From assembly GCA_002633005.1 (NCBI GenBank), contig NMRA01000472.1, forward strand, positions 252,071-316,070: a stretch of 64,000 nt of DNA, given 5' to 3'. The stretch comes from Phoronis australis. Taxonomy: Eukaryota; Animalia; Phoronida. Position 1 is the stretch's first letter. Each line of letters starts with the position of its first letter. Below, piece by piece: positions 12,740 through 33,700 of this stretch. A program made the position numbers and the translations under genes. Under the pieces are notes generated by a model. It was not told where the DNA came from. It ran no database searches and was given only the letters and a program-made list of their open reading frames with translations.

Positions 12740-12945
12740 TGCTCAATGGTCTTTGGGGTTGTTCCAGACTGTGTCTATTTGGGTACAAGGCAATATTTAA
12801 CTTACAATAGGAAGTTTGACAAAGCCGTTGCCAAGCAAGTCTCCCAAGCACAAAAAGCTCAATTTGTTCTCGTTTCAAAGTTTAGGAAACTGGCCCTTCC
12901 GAATGATTTGGAGTCCGACATTTTGGATAACTGTGTCCTCTCTTA
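12740..12945 (+). mobile_element. LINE RT C-terminal fragment
   Basis: VVPDCVYLG...YNRKFDKAVAKQVSQAQKAQFVLVSKFRKLALP resembles the YLG thumb region of non-LTR reverse transcriptases. Confidence 0.55.
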
Positions 12946-13787
12946 CCCGAGGATGGCACAAGACCTTCTCAGTACACCTGGTGTCAAAACAATATTATTC
13001 GACAGTTGGGCGATATCAAGCCTTCCATTATTGTATTCATGAACGCTTGTTCAGTTGTGCACTGTTCCTTAATTCTAGTCATTCTTCAAACAAACAATGA
13101 TTTGGGCTAGAAATATACCGATCGAGGCTTGGTTTTAACGAAAGATTATTTTTTTTATAAATTTCGTTGTGGTATGCATAACCTATGTTGCAGAGATCGT
13201 TTCAACCCAACATAGTGGTGGTGTCGGCGAGTGTTGATCTGTCTTAGCCCAGTTTATAAGCAACATCCGTTTCTTAAGCAATATTATTGCACTCTCGTGG
13301 TGTCTTTAAGTTTGGTATTTCCATGAAAGCTGCCTCGTTTTCTCCATAGTCTCGTTCGATTAATATCTTGACTATGTCCTTTCTAATGGGTGTTTCTTTT
13401 TTAGTGGTTATTTTTATACCTGAGTAAGTCGAGTGCAATATATGGGCGGCTCAGCACTGAAATTAGTGGGGGGGGGCTATAGTTCACACCCCCAGCATCC
13501 TAGATGGAAGGTGCAGCACTGAAATAAGTGGGAGGCTATAGCCTCCCCCGGCCAGCCCCAATAGTGCGCCGCTCCATGCATCTGTAGCTTGCATAGAATG
13601 TAGTTCTCTTATACCCAGTGAGGTGTCTCTGTTGTTTGTCCAGAGAAAATAAACCTTTCAACCTTTGAACCTTTTCGACCGCCGTATTCATGACCTTAGA
13701 CTAAACTGTTTTATATATCTGAGCCTTTGAGCGGTATGTGATATATGGATTACCTGTACGTTTTGAAAGGACACCCCGTTTCGCAAC

Positions 13788-22467
<8,680 letters not shown>

Positions 22468-22812
22468 TAATGTGTAGAACATGCCTAACAACCGGATTGT
22501 TCATACTGTGGTTAAACTGGATTTCACAAAATAACCACCGAAAGGTGAACATTGTATTAAAATTTAGATAATCTCACTTAAAAACACTCGCGAGGTTTGC
22601 TTTCCTATAAAACAAATGGTGTACCATACTTCTGCTGTGTTCAAATGAGCGTCTCTTTCCCACTGACTGGTAGTATTGAAACTGCACCAGCAATGCTGAA
22701 GTGACATTATTTTGATGACAGTCCATTATTTACTACCTCATGCCTAAACTGGGGAACTTTTGTCGAACGTGAGGGTAAAGAGCACAAAATACAGCTTCTG
22801 CCTTTATCTATA

Positions 22813-23370
22813 GTTTATGCACAACCAAATTTTTGTATGTGGGTGCATATTGCCGTCATCTCTGTCTGAGCGTCCAGTGTCCGTTGTCCGTTGTTTCTTG
22901 ACGGATTTTTATGAAATTGGTAAATGGCGCTCTATTGAAACAATGACATGTTCATGTTTTCCAGTGGATTTGACATTTTTTAGCCATTTAGGGACCAGTT
23001 TTACTGTTTTCTAGTCTGCTTCAGCATTCGCCCCTCTATCAAGCAAACCGCTCCAAGGATGGTTATGAAAATTGGCATATACGTTTTAGGGTAAGAACGA
23101 TTGACGATGACATTCGGATGACTTCATCTACTGTGGCGCCTCCTTGTGGCACTTATGTATTTGCGCCCATAGCCTCCAAGTACCAATTTCATCTTTTCTC
23201 AGAAGTTGCTTGGAGGATTTTTATGAAATTCGGTAAATAGTTTTGAGGATATTTACCGGTTTTTGAATGGATTCGACGTATTTTGTGCCATCTAATGGCC
23301 ATTCTTATGAGAAGCACACCGTTTGGGGTGCATTCGCGGGAGCATTTCAGCGCTCTGCGCTGCTGTTGTT
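22813..23370 (+). mobile_element. HINE-like element with both ends present
   Basis: tttatgcac...gtgcatattgccgtcatctctgtc start and agcacaccgtttggggtgcattcgcgg...gctgttgttt end. Confidence 0.6.
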
Positions 23371-24755
23371 TAAAACTACAATTTAACTTTGTTTGGAACC
23401 TTATCGACTCGGGGTTTAGCCAGATATCAACAGAACTGTAGCTTATAACCCAACAGAAGTATATATTTTTTGAAAGTAGAAAGCCTGGGGTCTCGAATTT
23501 TCAATTTCAGACCTTTTTCGTATCTATTGGGTCACGTGACCCTTTTTTCAACAAAAGTTTTGCAAAAGAAATTTGTTTATTTATAGCTATTACAACAGTA
23601 CCGATAAGATGGCCAAATTTCATGTGATGACATCTGAACAAAAAAAATTATTGCTTTCTAAATTATCATTTCGTTCTTGTTTTATGCAGCTTTTGTTTTT
23701 TTGTTTTTCAAGATAATCGCAAAAGTCCCATTTTGATAGAAGCGGAACATTTTAAACACAATTCCTGAAAGCCATTACTGAAAGCGTACTTCCTTTAAGC
23801 TCCATGTGAACCTGATCAGCTGTTTCTATAATTCATGGGCCCTACATAACCTTAAAAAAACTTTTTTCATTGGTTTTGCAAAACATTCGATCGATTTTTT
23901 CCCGGAAATAAGTTCCTGGCTGCCTGGATTATATGTTTTCGATGACTTTGAAAACCCGTTAACATTTTTTGTAAAGTTTATCACTGAAGTATGATATGGA
24001 AATAATTAATTGGAGGCCTGCTCTTCTATAAACGTCTAGACCTGTCTAAAGATTAGGAGAACACTTATTGAGAGACCTCAACTCCTGATGAATGAACCAA
24101 AAACAAGACTGGTCAGTTAGAGTATCATATAACTCTTAAAATATGAATAATCGGAGAATGTGTTTTGATAATTTTTGCCCGAATATTTTGGACCATTGCC
24201 TTTTGTTTCTCGGCTAAATACATTCATGCGTGTTGGTCGGTATTATGTCACCTGGCGACACTCTTGGGCTCTAATTTTTGAAACCAGACACATTCTTAAA
24301 CCTTCGTCCAGTTTTTATTATGTGTAATTTATGTTTGGTTTGACACTAAACTGATTTCCTTGTATGCATACAAAAAATAAACTTTACGTTTACTTTTACA
24401 TATAGCCAAAGGTTAGTCTGCCTTGTTTCCTATCAGTGCTCTAAATTCATATACTGAAAATTTTCTTTTGGTTTTAATGTCTGTCCAGGGGTTCTGTTAT
24501 GATTTAGCCTTCCAAACATCCAAACAAAAGCGTGGTTCCGTGAGAGTAACAACTGTCTTTTTGGGAAATTCTTTTTTCGTGATATCTGAAATTATACCTG
24601 TTGGTCATGCCTAATCTTAGACAACTGACTAAGAGTTACGTTTCCTTAACAACTTTTTTCATACACTTAATCCCCATTAAGAGATCACGCACATCTTATC
24701 GAGCTAGTGTTTGCACTACTGTTTGTGTGTAAATCCGAAACAGTCATGTCATTAA

Positions 24756-25479
24756 AGGCGAAGGCAACCTTTTTTCATGTCATTTTTAGCAAAAAATTAG
24801 GTTCGTTGGTTATCCCAGACCTATTTTCAACTTAATTACAACTTTTCGTAATTAAACTAAATATTCGTTCTCTACTCCGGAAGTGACGTTTTGGGAGGCA
24901 AGCATTTCCCGCCAATTTCTTTTCATATAGTCTGACTATGAGAGCTGTCGCGTCAGTCATTGATCTACCTCCGTTGTGATAAGCTCGGTCGTTTGCTTTT
25001 GTTTACGAGTCAGTACGGACGGCAGAAAGTGCTTGCCACACACACGGTAATTCTCCACTGCTTTGTACGTTGCGTGGACGGGTAACGCTGCTTTCTTCAC
25101 ACGAACGAGCCAAGTACGACGAAGTGTGTCATCCATCGAAAAGCGATGCAAAGTTACTCCCAAAGCGCGCGTGAGCCGATAATTAGTACATCCTGGTACG
25201 CAGCAACAGTGTGGCATGTTGACTGACTAGTAAATGAAAGCAAACGACGACGGAACTTAACACAACCGAGGTAGAACAATGACTGACTCGGCAGCTCTCA
25301 CAGTCAGACTATATGAAAAGAAATTGTCGCGAATGCTTGCCTCCTAAAACGTCACTTCCGGAGTAGCGGACGAGTAATTAATAAAATTACGAAAAACTAA
25401 TTAAGTGGAAAATATGTCTAAGATAACCAACCAACCTTATTTTAGCTCAAAATGACATGGAAAAAGGTTGCCTTCGCCT
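24756..25479 (-). mobile_element. Non-autonomous Kolobok-like DNA transposon carrying a THAP ORF
   Basis: TTAA at 24752-24755 and 25480-25483; termini AGGCGAAGGCAACCTTTTT / AAAAAGGTTGCCTTCGCCT; imperfect TIRs of about 240 bp. TTAA TSD, RR termini and THAP are known Kolobok traits. Confidence 0.85.
24957..25217 (-). CDS. THAP-domain ORF (86 aa) inside the Kolobok-like element
   Basis: MPHCCCVPGCTN...LHRF...W...RVCGKHF, a complete C2CH set. Confidence 0.7.
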   Translation of the reverse strand: MPHCCCVPGCTNYRLTRALGVTLHRFSMDDTLRRTWLVRVKKAALPVHATYKAVENYRVCGKHFLPSVLTRKQKQTTELITTEVDQ

Positions 25480-27513
25480 TTAAACTGGGAACAAATGAAA
25501 ACATTAACGACCTCCTCAGAGGCATCTCTCTACGCGGTACTTCTAAACTTATAGGAACATAATTTGCCGAAAAGTATCCGGCATATGGAGTACCTATGGT
25601 ATGATCATCGTCTCTACTGGGTAAGCAGTATTGTCTAAGGCCTAGGCAGCCAAGGGGCTGAACAAGTTCAAAAAACAGCTGGAGATAATACTGAAACACA
25701 CATGGAAAACACCAAGATGTATTTTTCAAAAACACGTACCTGGTTTTGAAAGCTAAATACTTCTTTCTCTTTCTTGAAATGTGACCCATAATGTACTTTT
25801 CCTGCTAACAAATGATGCACTCATGTTTCAGAATGTTCCTATCTTGTTCAGATTGGGTGTTTCAGATTTTGTAAGTATAATTGATTTTCTTGGGAAATCT
25901 TGGATAACATCTGTATCACTTTCAGCAACTTCAGCTTTAGTACTACTGTTGGTGCCTTGAAGCGTTGCTATGCCGTTCTATGTCCTTTCAATTTTTTGGT
26001 CTGACACTTGGTCTTCTAGTCTACAGCACTCAGCAGTATACTGTAGGCTACCAGGACATGCAGCTGTTTTCTGCACAAACGTTTGTGACACCTCTTCTTC
26101 TTTTTGCTATACTGATCTACAGAGTTCCACAGTCAATCAACTTTCGTCAGGAAGCTTTCCTAAGCTTCTTTAGGCTCTGACATCACAATTTTGTGCTGTT
26201 TGATAAACCTTGAATTNNNNNNNNNNNNNNNNNNNNNNNNNNNNNNNNNNNNNNNNNNNNNNNNNNNNNNNNNNNNNNNNNNNNNNNNNNNNNNNNNNNN
26301 NNNNNNNNNNNNNGCATCATATTTTGTGCAACAAAAACACCTTTTTTTAAAAAAATGTGCAAGTGTAGACGTGGGAACTTTTTGGAATTGGATTTTTAGT
26401 TATATTATCTAGCCACATAGAAAAAACTAGGTTGCCCCCCCAAAGTACTCACAAGGGTGAACGCTATGAGATTTGGCCCACCGACTACTAGTTGAATTTC
26501 TATATTATAGTTGAATGCGCTAATTTGTTTTTTAAAATAATCATTGATGTTAACCCTAATGACTTTTGTACACACACATATCGTTAATTTGACACTGCAG
26601 TACGTGTACATGTACCTAGAACACACGGTGGCGAGTCAATTCCAACCCAACATACTTCATTGTTTCGCTTTTAATCGTGATCATTGGTTTGAACGCATTT
26701 TTTCTAGCAAGATAGTATATCGTGTATTGAAACTGAGCATTGTTTTACCGCGAAAAACTACTACATGTACGTTGCAGCGAATTTTAGGTGGGGCACCGTC
26801 TCTTCGGACTCTCTAAATCAGCCACGGTTTAAGAGCATCAGCCCTATTGGTTTCAAACAGCTGACGCCTAAATTCCCAGAATATAAATTCCTTTCTTTGC
26901 CACCTACCCAACTTGTTTTAGTGCAAGCTCCAGATCATGCGCCATTAACCTTAACAAATACATGTACTTTGACGCATGCCGATTTAGGAAACTAGAGTAC
27001 CGGTGTCACGTAAAATTTCTTCCCGTGAAATTTCTTCCAACTTCGACTCTTTTGCGCATGCGGGGTATTGAGGGGAGGTTATTTATGCCTAAGGCATAAA
27101 ATTAAATTGAAATTGTTAAATGCATATATCGGCATTATTTTGACATTTGTCTCTTTATTTTTTATAAATGACATTATTCGCAATCCTCCTCTTGTTTTAC
27201 TCTTCAACATTAACAAGTAGCACGTGGCGTACCCCGGGCAAAATAGATTACGATAAATATCTGCCCAGCGAAATTTGTTTCCCATCGAAGACGGCAAAGC
27301 ACAGCTGTAAAATAAGCCTAAAATTAGAAGTTCACTACGTGTGTAATACTGTAACGATTTTGGTCAATTGTCATTGTTATGTTAGACATTGTTAAATGAA
27401 TTGCAATAGCGGATTTGCAGCGACGCCATATTGAAATTAGGTTAAAATGGTGCATTGTGGGTGCTGTGGTCAGGATTCAGAAAGCGGCCATAGTAACAAG
27501 CATAATACGCGGT

Positions 27514-27762
27514 ATGAGCGCGAAGAAAACTTACGGCGGATACATTTGTTGTAATCCTGGCTGCTTCAAAAACAACAGGAGAGATAAAAATCTGAATTTT
27601 TATGTGTTTCCTGCAAACCAAGAACTTCGTGAAAAATGGATAAACAACATTAGGAGAGCTGGGAGTAAGGGGAGATTTAGCGCATTCAAACCAACGCGGG
27701 GCCATCTAGTAGGCAACACTTAGCCCCTCGGTTGGCCATATAGGGGCTACAATATTTCCATT
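27514..27762 (+). pseudogene. Degenerate THAP-domain ORF, probably transposon-derived
   Basis: MSAKKTYGGYICCNPGCFKN...FYVFPANQELREKWINNIRR; the CxxHF motif is lost and an ATIFP-like remnant follows the stop. Confidence 0.7.
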
Positions 27763-28595
27763 CGCTTTCTGTACTCATTTCGTTACTTCAGTGTATTTTA
27801 AACGGGCCGTGACCGGATTTGGGTTACCGATTTCGAGTTTTNNNNNNNNNNNNNNNNNNNNNNNNNNNNNNNNNNNNNNNNNNNNNNNNNNNNNNNNNNN
27901 NNNNNNNNNNNNNNNNNNNNNNNNNNNNNNNNNNNNNNNNNNNNNNNNNNNNNNNNNNNNNNNNNNNNNNNNNNNNNNNNNNNNNNNNNNNNNNNNNNNN
28001 NNNNNNNNNNNNNNNNNNNNNNNNNNNNNNNNNNNNNNNNNNNNNNNNNNNNNNNNNNNNNNNNNNNNNNNNNNNNNNNNNNNNNNNNNNNNNNNNNNNN
28101 NNNNNNNNNNNNNNNNNNNNNNNNNNNNNNNNNNNNNNNNNNNNNNNNNNNNNNNNNNNNNNNNNNNNNNNNNNNNNNNNNNNNNNNNNNNNNNNNNNNN
28201 NNNNNNNNNNNNNNNNNNNNNNNNNNNNNNNNNNNNNNNNNNNNNNNNNNNNNNNNNNNNNNNNNNNNNNNNNNNNNNNNNNNNNNNNNNNNNNNNNNNN
28301 NNNNNNNNNNNNNNNNNNNNNNNNNNNNNNNNNNNNNNNNNNNNNNNNNNNNNNNNNNNNNNNNNNNNNNNNNNNNNNNNNNNNNNNNNNNNNNNNNNNN
28401 NNNNNNNNNNNNNNNNNNNNNNNNNNNNNNNNNNNNNNNNNATTAGACTTATTTCAAATCAGTCGCCGATGGCGGCAGGCCTAGGCTTGTGCACCTATGG
28501 CCTCGGTGTAACCATATCACTTTGCGGGTTATGATCATATTTTTCAAAGTGTATTATGAGATAATAATACTCATGTTAATAAATCTATCACCCTC

Positions 28596-28638
28596 TGTCT
28601 CGCTCTCGCTCTCTCTCTCTCTCCCTCTCTTTCTCTCT
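28596..28638. repeat. (CT)n microsatellite
   Basis: tctcgctctcgctctctctctctctccctctctttctctct. Confidence 0.8.
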
Positions 28639-29789
28639 ACTTGCGGGGAGGAATACCGTAGCTAGGTAGGTATCGTGCTCCGGTGACTGCTGTGGACAGA
28701 TTTTCCTGCATCGGACCGGGGAGTCCCCTGTTGAAAGGCAAATTATTAAAAACCTTTTTCAAAAAAGTGACATTCTGTAGACTATACAGATACTTATAAC
28801 TGATTCATAAAATTCAAAAATTTCTGAGTTTCATTTCCTGGCCTGGGCGTCGCCCGACCTGAGACCCCTCCCCGTGAAGTCGCTCTTCGTCACCCCGATC
28901 TCAGTGTTATTTTTCGCTTGTACTGAATTTCCTTCAAGAATCTGTCAAAAATAATCGAATGGATAAAAATACTCGGTTGGTTATATTCTCAGTAAGGAGA
29001 TATAGTTTGTTGTACGTAATCAGTTAAAATGCTCGACACACCCCTGTTCTGACCGAAGGCGATGATCCCGGAGAAAATAGGTGTCCTGCGTGGCACTCCT
29101 ACATCATCGGGTGCAGCTTTCAGAAAGCTCTTACAAAAATGCCATAATGTTGTTGTACACTAAAAGAAAACACAGAAATTGGAAACCTTGTTTTGTCCAC
29201 GAAATCCAGTTCATAAGATTAGGAACGGGGTAGGAAAGTTCCAGTAAGCCGCAAAATCAATTAGCGGGAATCACGAAAATATTAAAACTCTAGGACCATT
29301 TCACAAAATCACACGCCGTGGGAAAAAAGGCCCATCACAGCTACAATGGAAAAAATTATACTAAAGGCATTTATTCTTTCTTGCTCAGTAAATAATTTGC
29401 CAAGGACAACATTTCAGATTAAAAATGTTTGATTGCGCCCTGAGCGCGTGGAGCGCTCCGAAGTGAAACCTAAGTTCAATCCTTGATGAACAATACTGCT
29501 TTTAAAGTCTGTAATGATAGTGTAGTATATCAAGGAACTTACAAATATAGATGTAGTAGGAGTTACTTACTGCATGCGGGAACAAGACGAGCGAGAATCC
29601 TGCGTGAATTGAAATAAGATGCCTATCAAACCATATAAGAAAACAAAGTTATCAATTCGTACGCCTATCAAAAATATCTTGACAATTCGCAAAGACAAAA
29701 ATGTCGAAGAAAATTATTTCTTGACAAAAGAAATTTAAGGCCTGTGTAACTTTCGCAAAACTTAAGAATTTAGTATCCTATTTTTAAAA

Positions 29790-30608
29790 TGAAGACAGTC
29801 TGACAAAAACAAAACAATGGACATTATCAAATTTGTGGACAATAAAATGCCATTCAGGACTTGGCTAGTACTGAAAATCCTAGAAGACACGTCATGTGAC
29901 AACTGATGTTGCAGAGGCAAGTTCTCTATCTCTCAAGAAAACTTCAACTTGCAACAAACCAACAAGTAGAAGCAGTTCAAAACTCGAGACCATCCCACAC
30001 ATTTGTAGCTTAGTCAAAGTTTGACGTCGATTGACTGCGTAGTGTACGTACCTCTCCCCAACCAGTACAATTTTTTACTGTTTACAAGTGGACAAATGGG
30101 CCTAGGATTGCTTTAACTATTTTGACCAACTGGTGAATGTATTGAAAACTAGGCAAATAGCACCAATAAAGTTTTTGCAAAAGGAGTAACTTGTCATTTT
30201 CTTTTTGTAAAAATCATTGCAATATAATGAAGTTCTCATTATACTGTGTTAAAATATGCAATGTATCATCATCCAGAACAGCTTGATCAGCACGGTAATA
30301 ACTTTTTTTATTTTAGTATGTGATACTTCTTCAATTTAATTACCAACTTAGTTAATTAATAGCTACCTTATGAGTTTGTGCATGGCAAAAGTGGGTTGTG
30401 ACCACAACTTCTAGTGTACGTACTCTTTTATACAACTGCGATGCGTTAGGTCATACAATTTTATTCGGTGGTTCTTGTGCAAAATATTTTAGATTACAAA
30501 CCTGGAATGATGGTACTTTAAAACAACTCAGCTTTTAAAGTTATATGACAACCTTCATTTTTCACCAAAAGTGGCCACCGAATATGGACCTTGATTGCGA
30601 TTTGACCG
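29790..30608. mobile_element. Partial copy (right half) of the 16325-18236 TIR element
   Basis: Colinear similarity to 17475-18236, ending gaccttgattgcgatttgaccg. Confidence 0.75.
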
Positions 30609-30643
30609 TATGCGATTTAAAATCTATTTGTTATTATTTTCAG

Positions 30644-30733
30644 GCTAGAGCAGCTGTAGTTACAGGCGACTGTTCTGCAGTTGTGGAGTATGTAAACAGT
30701 GGTTGGGATGTGGACCAAGTACTGAATTTGGCG
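30644..30733 (+). CDS. N-terminal ankyrin cap exon
   Basis: [30 protein letters not shown]; ttttcag| and |gtaagt. Confidence 0.7.
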
Positions 30734-33700
30734 GTAAGTATTTGCACATGAATACTCGTCTGATCATTATTGCCTTGAAATACACCTTGTAGCAAACAAT
30801 TCTATGCAACCGCTATCTTAAAAGTTTAATTACGATAGCATTGCCTCCCTGATTTTACGTTTGATATATCAACACTGTAAACTGTTAACCAAAGCAACAT
30901 GTGAACAGCGTGGTAAACAATACAAAGCAGTAATAACAAAATATTCACATTTAACTACGGAAGTTATGACAACTTTCTTACTTTAAGTTAACAGAACGCG
31001 TATGTTGGTGAGAAAAACACAATGAAATTATGACGTGGTCCTACGAACAACAAACTGGGAACTTCACTAAGTAGCACTTCATAGACGCCGTTCTGCAAGT
31101 CATGAGAATCAGTTATTTACCAATCTGGCATGGAATACTATAAATGGTATCTGTTACATCGTCGTCTGCCTTCACAACAAGGATCACGCAAACGATGTAT
31201 GAAAGAATTAGAAACAGACCGATTTAGACAAATCCACAGGCGCACCGGAGGGACAAATTTGGAAAATGTGTCTGAATTTTTCAGAGTTTAACAATAATCT
31301 TCACCTAAATATTTTTACAGATTTCCTTTGTTATTGTACGTCGGCATATGACTGTAGGAAGAATGATTTTATTTTTTCCTCAAAAGCACTGGTGAAAATT
31401 GACCTTTTATAATGATACATTTATATCATTTTTAATTTACTGTTTTCATTGGGATTGTGTGAAATACATCTACATGTATGCCTTGATTATCGTGGGTTTG
31501 TGAGTGGCTCGACTGTAAGAGGCTGGAGTTAAGAAAGATATTCTGGGAGCGAAACCCCGAGAGTTCTCTAGCTGTCTTGCAGCTTGGAAAAACTATCCAA
31601 ATTCACATTGTCTAGTTTAAAATACACGGTGTAATCTCGCAATGGGCCCAGCGATGTACTAGCGTTTTTGAACTCTATCCAGGTCGAGTGATGTTCGAAT
31701 TTTGTATTGCTTATATTCTTTACTTTGTCGAGAACGTGAGATGCTAACACCTAAATGAAATTTTCATTACAATGACTTTTTGTACCACTTATTGTGTTCG
31801 ACCATTTCATGACACCAGTAGTGATTAACGCAACCTTGATATGATAATCTGTCCAGCACAAGCAAAGGTACCGGACCATCTCCATGTACTTGGTGGATTA
31901 TATAACCATAATCAAATAGGTTAAATGGTCTGTACGCACATGTACCAAATGATTTGAAACATGCATGAACGATGCAATACAAATTCCAATAGGTGGATTG
32001 GTGTTTATTTTTTTGCAAACGGGCGTGTCAGCGTGGTTCAAATGACATTTCATCATTTACATGTGTACTATCATGCCTAGATTTCTTTACACATGTTTTG
32101 GGGAATAATTTCACTATCCAGGTTCACATAAATATTGTGTCAGTGTGCAATTGGGGCGTCTAGAAAACGTAAGATCAACACTTTATCTCAGCCTTGAAGC
32201 TTTCATGTGCTTAGTACGAACTCTGAGTTAAAGTTAGATGCAACTGCAGTTGGATAGAGAGGCTTAGAGGGTGTTTTCAAGATCTGGGTGAATTTTGACT
32301 GTATCAAATAATTTACCATTGACTCAGTCATGGATAGTTTTGCGGCTCATGTGTCATGACTGAAGAAGAGCAGAAATATGACACCACCCTTCGGTACCCC
32401 AACATGTACGTAAGCAAACGCGGTTAGTGAGGGTTTTGAAGACACACCGTCTAGTCCTACTACCCGATTAGATTGTTACGGTACATGTACATGTATATGT
32501 ATAAAGTGAATAGTGCGTTCAGAGTGTCAGATTCGATAAGAGAAAACTTTGCTCAAGAAGAAATCTTGAGAAACCGTGTCAAACGCCGATTGATAATCTA
32601 ACATTAAACCCATTTTTCATCTTATTATCGTATCTCGTGAACATTTTCGTACAGGTGAGATACGGTACTCTTTCTCCTCATAAAACCAAAGTGAATTTGG
32701 ACTAATTTATTGCAATTTGTAGAAAGTGAAGTCTTCGTACGTTTTATTCGATGTCAATTTTAAAGAAAGAAATTTGAAATGTTTCAGCACTGCAGTTATT
32801 CTCAATTCTTTTCTAATTGATTACCATACTTTAAGTTTCAAAAAGTAGGGTAGGTGCCTGTAAGTGGAATTTTGTTTTATAGATGAATGGTCGGCGCAGG
32901 CACATCTTTTATGCTTGTTTAATTTTTTTATTTGTTACATAGACGGTGCAGTCACTTTTGTTTACACCAGTGTTTTCTAGTAAATATATGGCAAGTGCTA
33001 GGGTCTCTTGGAAAATAGACAGGTGAACTGGACGGTTTGCAAACAAATGTGGGTATTCAGCTGTTGTTTTATTTGCGAAGGAATCCAAGAAAAGAGCACT
33101 TAAACTGTGCTCGTTAATTCCCATCTTGTGATTTAATAATAAGATATACCAGTAAGTTGATTTTGTTTCTTAGTCGCGTTTTGTTTATGAAAGAGCAGTA
33201 TTCATTTGCCTTGTTGAAACATTACATACATTTGTGTATGTAAAGGTTTCATATTGTTCTGGTGCGGTGTAAAACTTGGCTAACTTGCTTTTAATAGTTG
33301 GAAATTGATTTAGGTTGTTAAAAATTCAACGCATAGTTTGTTTCAAGTTTGATCTAAATAAGATATTAGTTTTGTTGATCTCGCCTTTGACGTTGTTGTT
33401 GAATCAAAATTTGGGTCTTCACTTTAGTAGTTTAGGATTTCCAAAATTGTTTTATTTACTGACAACATGTGTCCTAGACGTTGTCGCAAATAATAGTCTT
33501 CCGGTTTGCTGCATTTTCTGTCGTGTAGAACTGGTTCATCGTTACAAGTTTTAAGGCAGTTTCGTTATCACAGTTCCCTATAGGTCACAGGACCTCCTGC
33601 TAAGTTTCACGGTCTTCTACATACCAAATGCCCTGACTGGCATCTAAGTCACCCTTTATTATCACTAGGGTATATCATTAACTCAAACGTCGTCTCAAAT

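Noticed and set aside
27791-28534. Long ORFs of 221-247 aa in the ORF track
   Set aside because: Artefacts of translating through the N gap.
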